A stretch of DNA of 64,000 nucleotides from contig JAYWIR010000013.1 in NCBI GenBank assembly GCA_036172245.1, forward strand, positions 3,286,001 to 3,350,000. Reading direction: 5' to 3'. The notes beneath the pieces are model-generated. The model was not told the origin of the DNA. It was given only the letters and a program-made list of their open reading frames with translations, and searched no databases. The position numbers and the translations under genes are program-made. Position 1 is the stretch's first letter. Every line of letters starts with the position of its first letter. This DNA comes from Raillietiella orientalis (Eukaryota). Below are positions 47,921 to 64,000 of this stretch, in pieces.

Positions 47921-49040
47921 TGCGAAACCTTCGTGTCGAAAGGCACGTTGCGGAGAGGCTCGTGAGTTCAGACAGGATAGCGGACTACCGTGTGGACAGC
48001 GGCTCTCGGAGCTCGAGACCAGAAGATGATCCTGAAGTCCTCGTGCGATGCGGCGAAGACGGAAGCTGATCTTCCGAGCCCGAAGACATTTTCTTCCTCC
48101 TTTCGCTTGGGGCTCGCCGGAAGGCGGTCGCGGCGGAAGCGCCATCGGAAGGCAAGAGGCGCCCGAGGTTGGCCGGCATCTGGACCAACAGCGCGGACGC
48201 CTACGCTGACCTTCAAGGTGCTCCTGCTATTTCGGGAGACTCCCACGTTCCTCTCCTTCCCTTCCCTCTCTCCCTCCTCGCCGCTTCCTTCGTTCCCCGC
48301 AGTTCTTTTTTTAAATGTGTCTGAATAAGCCGGCCCGGGAGAGTCCTGGTTCGCTTGCCGGCCGCACAGAAGCGGTACCGTCGCCGAGAAGTGACGTCAA
48401 GGCAAAGCTTCCGCTCTCCGCCGCTGGGGCTCAGAAGCTCCTCCTCACTTCTCCAAGAGAGCATGGGAACAAAGCGCCTTGCACAGCACCGAGGGCTACG
48501 GGGCACGGGCAGCGGCGGCGGCTGAGTAGAAGACGATGGAACTTGGGGGCTCGTCGCGGTAGTCATTGTCGGAGAAGGAGCAGCTGCTAGCCTTGAAGCT
48601 CTTTCGGTGGACCAGGTGCTACTGTGACGGCGTCCGATGTCCCCCTCAGGATTTCTCTGGATCGCATTGCCCAGGGTGTCCCAGCCGTCCTATTCCTCCT
48701 CCTCCTCCTCCTCTTCCACTCCCTTTTTTCCCTTCCTCGTCCCTAGAGCAGGTCGCCACCGAATGGAGGGATGTTGCCATGACGCCCTGAGGGAAGGACG
48801 AAAAGCGAGTAGGGAAGAGCGAGAGCTGCCTGAGAGGAGACGCTGCCTCCGAAGACGAACGACACCCCTTCGAGGAAAGACCCGGAAGACCTTGGGCAGC
48901 GGGGAGACGGAACGGAGGGGAGGAACAACAGGAGTAGCTCGGCTTCCTGGAAGAGCGTCCGCGCAGCCCTCCGAGGGTCAGCCGAGAGAGCATCCGTGTT
49001 GCCCCCCTCCCCCTCCCTGCCATGCCTCCGGGACGGGACG

Positions 49041-49318
49041 TGTGCAGGGAGCTGCAGGGAAAGGGGGGTGTTGCAGGGTCGTCTCAAAGAGCCCTTCGGG
49101 ACTCCCATGCTCTCGGGGGCGGTCCTGCATGGACGGGGACGACCTCGGAGCGTCAAGCCGGGGAGCGGAGTTGTCCCCTCCCTCCCCGGCTTGACTTCAG
49201 GTTGGAGCTTGTGCAGGGAGCTGCAGGAAGGGAGAAAGAGGGCGTTGCAGAGTAGTCTCGAAGAGCCCTTCGGAACTCCCAAGCTCTCGGAGACGGTCCT
49301 CCATGAGTAAGGGACGAC
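49041..49318 (+). repeat. Diverged local duplication (about 105-bp unit, 169-bp spacing)
   Basis: TGTGCAGGGAGCTGCAGG..GTTGCAG..GTCTC.AAGAGCCCTTCGG.ACTCCCA.GCTCTCGG..GGTCCT..GGGACGAC at 49041-49143 and 49210-49318. Confidence 0.9.
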
Positions 49319-50499
49319 TGCTGGAATGCCAGGGCCTCGGGGCCCGGCACGCAAGCTCAGGAGCTCCTCCTTCGGTCTCTGGGCGTGACCGGAAGTCGTT
49401 GCCGACCCACCAGAACGACCTTCTCCTCGTCCCTACACCCGGACAGAGGGTTGCGTCTCTTGGAGGTCTGAGCAAGAGCCAGTACAGCTCTTCCTACCCG
49501 TGGCCTTCTGCGACCTCGCTGGAGAGACGCGCACCGGGCCGTCTGGTGGCTGACGCCACCGCGAGTAGCGACAGCGCCGCGACCTCCGCGTGCTCCCTCC
49601 GAATCGGTCAGGCTTTCCCTGAGGGCGCATCCGAGGGGTTCCTCGCCGGACTTCGCACGACCTTGTGGTCATCTAAGGCTAGTTCGCCGGAAACCCCGCT
49701 CGTCCGCCACTCGCACGGGGAGGGTGTAAAAGAAGGGGGAAGGGGGGGAACTCTCTTTCCCACCTCCCCCTCGCAAGCGGCGGGCACGGAGGGAAGGGAA
49801 CGATTTCTTAGTTCGCTTCCCTGTTTGGCCCAGATCCGCGCCACCGTCCTCTCCGGAAGAGGAAGAGGTCGCCTGCGACTCCGGGTCGGATCCGAGGGAC
49901 GCCCTTTCGAAGAGACTTTCTCCCCACCCGCAGCTCTGGCGGCGGGCTGCGTGCGAAGGCGGCAGGGCGCACTCGGGGAGCGCCAATCCATGCGCGAGAA
50001 ACGGACGGTCAATTCCCCCCGCCCCCGGGGTCGCCTCCTCTTCTGCGCGCGCCCATTCCGTGATTGGCGCCTCCGGCTCTCTCGGAACCTGCTGCGCGCC
50101 TCGCTCCGTAGGGGAGGGTCAAGGTCGCTTCTCAGGGCTGCCAGTCGACAAGGAGGTGCTGGCTGCGTCCAGCGTTCGGTTCCCCGCCCACCTCCGGGGA
50201 GCACCCCGACCAACCTTCCCCCTTATTTGCCCCCCCGTCCCAACCGCGGCCTGAAAGATTGCAGGACGTGGCCGGGCTTCCTTCAGGAGCAGGAGGAAAA
50301 GGAGCACCCGGGGAGCGCATTCCCGCTGGAGGAAGAAGCGCTGCCCGGGGAAGATATACGGCATCCAGGTTCTCTCGAGGGACGCCTCGTCTTTCCTGGG
50401 CGGGCCTCCCCGCTCTGCCCCCGCGCGCGGGACGCTCTAAGGCGGACACCATCCTCGGCATCCGGGCGACTCATAGTCTGGCGCGAAGTGGGCGGCGGC

Positions 50500-51700
50500 G
50501 ATGCCCCTTTCCGGAGATGCCGCCGCGTGGGCATCTCCGTCCGAGGAGCTCCGTCGCCAGGGTCGCCCCGCGCCAGCACCGCTGCGGGAGGACGTGAGGA
50601 TTCGTTCTCCCGGGGCCTCGGGGGAGAGGCGGAGGCGGTTCCTAAGCGGGGATCCACAGCGAGTGCCACTCCCTAGGGAGCCCGACCCGACGCCAGGAAG
50701 AAGGAGAGCCGCTCCTGGACCAGCCCGAGAAGAGAGGTTTCATCTGGAATTCTTCCAAAGGCAATCGGAAAGAAAAGAGGAGTTTCAGGAGCCAAGAGGA
50801 ATATTCCTGGTATGATTGGGGTGGCCCCTTCGGGGAAGATCTTCCCTGACTCGCACCCTCGTGGGCCCCTCTGGCGGCCTCGTCGAGTCTCCGTCCCCTA
50901 TTCGGGGCGCGCGGATCCGAAGCGCCCGGCGAACCAGAAAGGCATGAGCTCGAAGGGAATCCAGGAGAGAGAAGAACCCACACAGGACTCCCCCCGCCCG
51001 GAAAAGGGCAACCGATCGAAAGGACAGCCGGACTTTCCGCGCGGTCAGTTTTGGGCTCATGACCACCTTTGGGCATTCTTTCGCAGCCCACCTATCCCGG
51101 AAAGCGTCCGTTCACCTGTGCGAGATGCGAAAGAGATTTCTCTTTCGCTGTCGGTCGCCTCCCGATCCCGACAGCCCTGAGGCCTCTGGGATCTGCGGGT
51201 GTAGGCGGCGACGCTCCGACTTTCCCAAGAGTCGCTAGGGAAATGACTTTCCTTCTCCGGGAACAATAGGGAGGAGAGAATCCGAAGATGAGATGCTCAC
51301 GGAGGACTCCGAGACGTTCCTGGTCCAGAGCTTTACCGCGATTCCCACTTTTATTTCCTACCAAGGCGCCGCCGACCTGCCCGTGCGCCAGCGGTTCCAC
51401 TCGTAGGAAGCTCGACCGCTCCCCCTTTCCCCCGACGGCTCTAAGAAACCAGGCAGCAGCACTCAAGAGATCAGAGGTGGGGTGGGGGCGATGCTTGCTG
51501 TTTTCCTATCAACACCCTAGTAACCACTGCGCGACGTTTGCGGATGTGGCTCAAGGTCCACAGGATCTTCCGATCTTCGAAGGCAAAAGACTTCTTGGTA
51601 TCGGTTCCCGGGGAAGGCATCCGGCCGAACATCTCGCCCGTGTGCTGCTCGTCTGCCGCGCACGGAGGCGCCCAGCCCGCACCGACGGGTGACGAGCACG
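50500..51700 (-). mobile_element. Decayed Tx1-like RT fragment
   Basis: Minus strand ALDQERL..REHL (compare Tx1-type LDQEKAFDRVxH) in ORF 51092-51466, then AGGVLCGFFSL (compare NG..S..F). Boundaries approximate. Confidence 0.5.
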
Positions 51701-52049
51701 CCCCTCCGCGCTCGCCAGTGCCTCCGCCTGCCAGCGCGGAGGGCGGAGATCCCTATCGTGTGGCGGAAGACCTCAGTTCCCCTCCTTCCACCCTCCCTCT
51801 CCCTCGAGTGGTAGGAGTCCCTCGCCGCAGCGCTGCCCTCAGGGTGCACCTGAGCAGCCTGTCTCTGTAGCCGAAATGGGAGGCTACAGAGACAATCTCC
51901 GGAAATGAGAAGGGACTGGGTGAGTGGAAGACGGACCAGCTCACCAAGGCTGCGATTCCACCCCGAGTGCACCACCAAATGGACTTTTGTGCTGGTGCGA
52001 ACTACTGGGCATTCCAGAGGAAGGCCTCAAGTGGTCCCCGGTGCTCATG

Positions 52050-52715
52050 GACACCCTCCTCCTCCCCTTGAATTGGCAGTAGTCGGCGCTATTGGTGCCC
52101 CACTGGGGGTCTCCCGTGCAACTCCCGCCATCGGTGGACCCGAGGGAGGGTAGACCTCAACTGTTTCAGATGCGGTGAGCATGAATCCTTCCCTCACCTG
52201 CTGGTGGACTGTGTTGTTCTCCGGCCCCTCTAGGAACGCTTGCCGCAGCCCTGGGAACCTCCGGAGGCAACTCCAGGGACACTTTGAAACCCCTTTTCGT
52301 TCGCGAAGTCCTTCATCCAGCAGCTTTGCTGGCAGCCCTGTGCTGCCTACGCGGGATCGTCGCTGCATGGAGCAAAGCGGCAGGAGGACCTATCGATGGG
52401 GAAGCAACGCGATGGCCCCACCTGGACAGGAGTATCCGGCTAGACCTTGTCGGCATCCTACAGAGAATGAACAGGACCGCCACCAGCAGCCCATGATCCC
52501 CTCCCTCACCCCCCAAAGTTCATTTATGTTCGTTTTTGTTTTTTTTTCCTTTTGGTTCGTTCCTTCCTCTCTGCTGCCCAGGTGGACTGCGCCGGTCTGC
52601 GAACCGGTGGGCAGGTTTCCCTTAAATTGTGCGTGGTTAGACCACTGGTCCAACCACAGTTCTCGTAATATGCTTATTTTTGAAATTAGCGCCTTGGCCC
52701 ACCCGGGTGAGAATC
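52050..52715 (+). mobile_element. LINE 3' end (copy C) with zf-RVT and 3' UTR
   Basis: NCFRCGEHESFPHLLVDCVVLRPL*, then LCCLRGIVAAWS (shared with copy B), a T-rich UTR and terminal CTTGG-CCCAC-CCGGG-TGAGAATC. Confidence 0.8.
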
Positions 52716-53388
52716 GAGTGGCAGGAGTCGGCGTTGCTGGTGTTGCATGAGGGAATCCCGTGCAAAGAGCTCCTTCACCACTGGACACGAGGGGACGTGG
52801 GCGTGGAGTGTGTGACAGGTGCGGAGAGAGGGAGACTCTCTCGCACCTGCTGTTGGACCATGATACCCTTCGACCCCTTTGGGATCTTCTTGCGACGATC
52901 CTTGGAATTCCGGCGGGAGGCCTCGGGGACATTCGCCTCTTCGCGCCAGTCGCGTCCATCGCAGTCCTCTGCTGCGTCCGCGATATCATGGCAACCTGGA
53001 ACGCTTGAAGAAGAGGTCAGAATGGCAAGGACGCCATTCACTGGGCGCGGATCTTCCTGAGGACCGCCTCGAGATGGCCTCACTTGTGCACTATCCAGAC
53101 AGAGCTTGCCGGCATCCTGAACAGGATGCTGAGGACGCCTAGCAGTGTACCGTGATTCCTTCCTCGGTCCCCCTTTCCGTGTATAAATTCTGCTCCCCTG
53201 TTTGTTTGTTTTTGTGTTTTGTTCTCCTCCCCCCCCCTTCCCCTACGCTACCGAAGCGGATCTCGACGGTCTGTGTACCACGCTTCGGCAGGTTCATCAC
53301 ACGTGGTATAACCAGCGGTTCTACCAATACAAGAATGTATTTTTATAACTAACGTAATAAACGCCTCGGCACGACCGAGTGAGAATCC
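52716..53388 (+). mobile_element. LINE 3' end (copy D), directly head-to-tail with copy C
   Basis: CDRCGERETLSHLLLDHDTLRPLWDLL..LCCVRDIMATW, a T-rich UTR, AATAAA, then CTCGG-CACGA-CCGAG-TGAGAATCC. Confidence 0.8.
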
Positions 53389-56194
53389 TCCCTCCCTCAT
53401 CTCCCTTTCTTGCCGCGGAGGAAGGAAGAGCGTGCGTTTGGATCACGCCGCAGCCGACCTCTGGCTACCGCCGCTCTTCGGCACGCCGCCAGTGCTGTAC
53501 AGGATGTCGCCAGCGCATCGCCAACGGCCTAGGGGCTTCCTTCCGAGTCTATCACCTTCCGCGTCCACAGTGGCGCCTACGGTGTTCCTCCCCTCGCCGT
53601 TGCGGCCTTCATCCTCGTCCTAGGATCCTGCCAGAGACGGCGCCGGCGGGAATGGGCGGAGTCTGGGGACGGCCCACACCCCTCTGTGCCTACGCTGAAC
53701 CTGGGAGGCATCTGGAGCAGGGAGAAGGTCTGCTACAGGCTGGGACACCCAGCGCCATCTTGCCGGCGATGGGGACGACCGCGCGGTGTCCCTGAAGCCC
53801 ACCCCGGAGCAAGCCAGTCGCCACGCACACCCTGCCCTCCGGCCTTCTTCTTCGGACTTCACGCTACGAGGACCCTCTTCGCGGCAACAGCAGCGGCAGC
53901 TGGTCGCCTGCGCGCCAGTGAAGACCCGAGGCTGTTTCCCCGTCTCTCTCCCTCCCTCTCTGGGGACTGGCTTCTGCTCCTCGCCGAGGGAAAGGAGGAG
54001 CGGTCTACCACCTTCCTCCTCGCTCCGTTGCAGATAGCGGACGTCCGCGTCTCGTTCACCGCGCGGCCCTCTGCCGAAAGCGCGCGCTGATCGAGAGGCG
54101 GTTCGCCTCCCTCCGGTGAAAACCTGCAGAAGGATCACAGGGACGCGTCTTCTCCGACGCGCGTCTGTCCTACCGCGGTTTTGCCCCGCTCGTAGGCGGC
54201 GACGGCAGCCTTCACGCTGGCAACCTCAGCCTGCTCTCTTCCCTTTCGCCCCCTGGCGCCCGCACGATCGCCTCTCCGCAGAGTCTTCGCCAGCGCGACG
54301 GCCGACCCTCCGCGCGGGCAACGGTGTGAAGGCGATCCGAAGGGCACTTTTGCTGGCCGTCTCTACGGTCGCAGCAGCAACGACACTCACAGGGCCGGTC
54401 GCAGAGCTTTTCGAGCTGCAGGGTAAGCGAGCCTATGATCAGAGATCCTTTTGCAGCCCCCCAAAGTGCAGCTCCTTCAGCACCTCACAGACTGACCGAA
54501 GAACTGGGGTCGCCTCGGTATCCGCCTGCCGATCATCCTAACCGACAGGCGAACGACAGTTACTTCTTCCAGGGAGCACCTTCTGGTAGTGATGGTCGTT
54601 GCGCCGTGCCATTCGCGCAACCAACCAGAATCTTACGCGCGAGGTCGGTCCCGTTTCCTTCCTTCTGGCCTTCACCAAACGGAGCTGGAGAGCATCATTC
54701 GGTGAAGAACAGAAGAGCCGAAGCTCCGACGTTCCGGCATTCAGCAAAGGAAGAAAGACCATCAGAAGTGGAAGTTGTGGTGCGGATGTCTGAGAGTGTT
54801 CCCTCAGAAAGATTATACGCTATTGGAACAGCTGCTGAGGTGGGGACCTTGCCAGCTTCCGGGTCCAAGTCTCGACCCGTGATGCCGACTTTTGTTTTGA
54901 TTTCAGTGGTACGTTTTGGACCCAATCCAATGGTTCAAAGGTCCGTACGACATAAGACGGACTGGTTCTTCAGTCTGTTGTTTTTTTTAAAAAAAAAAAA
55001 AAAAATCCAAGAGCTCGGGTGCAAACTTCTTCAAACGCACAGCAACCCGCTGCCCAGCAACAACCTCCGAAGCAATGCTTCGTTTCCGTGTCCCCGGATT
55101 TTCCTCCTTTTCTTGATCAAGAGGTGTTCTGGGGAACAAGAGAGGCTCCTGGAGCTGCAAGTGCTCTTCGCGCCCGAAAGCGGCAGTCCCTTGCGATCCT
55201 TATTGGTGCATGCAAGGCGTGGTTTCTTGCCTGCTGGAGCCGCACGGCTGGTATGCCGCACGCGTGGGGGTGCGGCAGACCATCCCCTTCGCGATCGGAA
55301 GCGGCAGCTGGGCTCCCTGACGAAAAGAATCCCCAAAGTTCCCCGAAGCGCAGTCAGCTCCCTATCAGTCGGCGTTGACTGAAGTGGGGGATCTGCAAGC
55401 CTTGGAAGCGAAGGAACCCCATGGCAGCTGTCGCTGAGCCTCTGCCATGGGATTCGCGCAGGTGTAGCAACGAGATTGGTTGCTCCGGTTCGCATTTCCA
55501 TTGCCTGACCTTGTTCCCGGTAATCCTGAGGGGAAGGGGGAGGCGGGAAATGGCTCCAAGAAACGAACGAATTCCACGAGCGCCAAAGCTGCGCACCTCC
55601 TGAAGCGGAGGCAACTCTTTTGCTGACTTTTCATGCTGTTTCTCTTACCAAACCTTTGTGGGTGCTTCCCGGGGCTTCCTCGCCTCCATTCCTTTTTCCC
55701 CTTAGGCCGGGTTGCGCCCCCTCGGCTTGCCGAAGTCACGAAGTGCGCGCGGTGCTGCGTGCCCTTCGTGAACCTCCCTTTGTCCACCACCGGCGTCCGA
55801 GAACCCACCCATTTGTCCGTTCGGGTCTTGGGAGACGCAGGCGCACCCGACATGCGAATCACCCGCGCGTTCAAAGAAAGATGAGAAATCGATGCGATTC
55901 CCGGCGAGCTCTGCCGGAGGATCCGCAGTCCGCTTGTGCGCGCAGAAACCTCGGAACTTTATTTCGACTTGGACGTTTTTCGACACGCCGCGGAGGGAAA
56001 TTGGAAGGCGCGTGCCGTGGCAGTCCATAAATAAAAAGGCTGCCGCTTCCGGCAACGACGGAAAGAAACTATGAAGTTTCAGGAATTCCATCGAGATGCA
56101 GCTTCCTCGTCGCGCTCGCAACGCTTCCGCCCGCCGCCTGCAACGATAAAAATGGCAAAGCGGGCGACATGCGTGGAAAGATGGCTGCTGCCTT

Positions 56195-56325
56195 CTAAAA
56201 ATACCGCGGGACGATCACCACGGGAGAAAAATTCCCAATGAACCAATACGATCCCGCGAAATTATGAATATATAAGGATTTATACCGTACGTGTTTATAT
56301 ATTCCCCATTTACGTTTCACTTTCC
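56195..56325 (+). promoter_or_regulatory. Probable Mp20 core promoter: MEF2-like site, TATA box, Inr-like element
   Basis: CTAAAAATAC (56195-56204, one mismatch to YTAWWWWTAR), TATATAAG at about 56269-56276, and CCATT/TCACTT about 30-45 nt downstream, 55-70 nt before the ATG. Confidence 0.55.
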
Positions 56326-56375
56326 CACGGTGAGCTCCCGGAGTTATTCCGCGTCCAACTCGCGATCGATTGGAG

Positions 56376-63001
<6,626 letters not shown>

Positions 63002-63059
63002 AGCCCTCGGGCGCGCCCCTTGTGCCACATACGGCGGTCAGCTCAGCATTTCTTCGGAG

Positions 63060-63065
63060 AATAAA
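63060..63065 (+). terminator. Polyadenylation signal of Mp20
   Basis: AATAAA about 60 nt after the stop codon. Confidence 0.65.
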
Positions 63066-64000
63066 AAGAAATGAAAAGCACCGCGGGCCCTGCCGGCCGC
63101 GGTGGCGGCGCGGCCGAGGGGAAAAAGGGCCCGTGCAGTCGATCCCGGACGTCCCGGGAAAAGGTCGTCTCTCCTTCCGCCAGACCTTCTCCGCTCGCGC
63201 CGATGCGGGAACGCGGGATCGTTCCAGCGCCTGGAGAGCTGCCGGAATCGAGCCGAGGACGACTCCTTCCCGAATGGCGCCGGCGTGCGGAGCAGGCGTC
63301 CACGAATGAGGGGGGAGGCGTCCGAGAAGAGGCAGCGGCGCCCTCGCGATGATCCTCGCCGCGCGCCGAGGATTTTCGCGCGGAGCTGCCCCGAAGTCCC
63401 TGGGGTGGAGGACGCTCTTCAGGACTCTCTCCTGCCGCCGCTTTCCCGATAGTCCCTCCCTCCGCCCCGGCCCCCCGGCTGAGAAGGAAGGGCTCTCGCT
63501 AACCGACGCGAGTGGAGGACGTGGAACGTCACTCCCCTCTTCCGCTGCCGCGTGCCGCCCGAGCCCGCGTCCCCAGGGGCGTAGCCATCGAAGGACGCGA
63601 CCCCACTTTCCCGTGCTCGGCGCTCCGTGATTGGTCAGGAAGGCATCTGAGCCGCGTGGCGATGCGGCGAGAGCACGAGCGTGGAAGCCCCGCGGCGGCG
63701 ACGAGGGTGAGTCCGGTCGTGTCTGACAAGGAGGAGGGAGTCGCCTCCAGGAGCAACCCAATGGCAGGTCCCGGCTCCCCGCACGGCAGAGAAGCCATCA
63801 GTTCCTTCGGGTGTTCCCCTCCTCCCAGCGGGGTGCTTCCTAGGAGCCTTCAGAGGCATGCTGGAGACCCGGGCTTCGTCGGCTGTTGCCTCCCGGATAG
63901 ACGGTTACGGGCGGCGTGCGAGAAAAGAGGAGGGGGAGGAGGAACCAGAGAGGCAGGGGGAGTGAGCAAGGGGAGCCATTTCCGGTTCCGAGTCACTCCG

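Noticed and set aside
54330..55382. Series of plausible splice signals and ORF 54435-55382 suggesting a small multi-exon gene upstream of Mp20
   Set aside because: I could not assemble a consistent start-to-stop reading frame or recognise any homology. It needs RNA-seq evidence.
63100..64000. Possible further LINE fossil on the minus strand after Mp20
   Set aside because: Only a faint PLG.R-like motif; not enough to call.

Overview
Eukaryotic (animal, almost certainly arthropod) genomic DNA with GT-AG spliced genes. It is not prokaryotic and has no CRISPR array, rRNA or convincing tRNA. I rebuilt five known genes exon by exon. (1) TMEM145 (+, 613-14599, 11 exons, 468 aa). (2) TANGO1/MIA3 (+, 20448-26679, about 20 exons, with a 32-aa lumenal tandem repeat and many 36-52 nt introns). 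(3) ELMO/Ced-12 (-, 30811-26860, 4 coding exons, 721 aa). (4) Muscle protein 20, Mp20 (+, 56376-63001, 184 aa). (5) A paralogous calponin/transgelin gene of the CG5023/myophilin type (-, 60537-59565, 169 aa), nested antisense inside the first Mp20 intron next to a perfect MEF2 consensus site. There is also an unrecognised coiled-coil gene (-, 35725 to about 34327). The rest is largely decayed mobile DNA: many Tx1/L1-like LINE fragments (several ending in a shared 3' stem-loop), a frameshifted piggyBac, a probable MULE relic, and three copies of an AT-rich long-inverted-repeat (foldback-like) element. Base composition is strongly mosaic: the TANGO1/ELMO block is AT-rich and its flanks are very GC-rich. 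Most ORFs in the supplied track are artefacts of the high GC content. Family assignments rest on recalled motif similarity, not on database searches.
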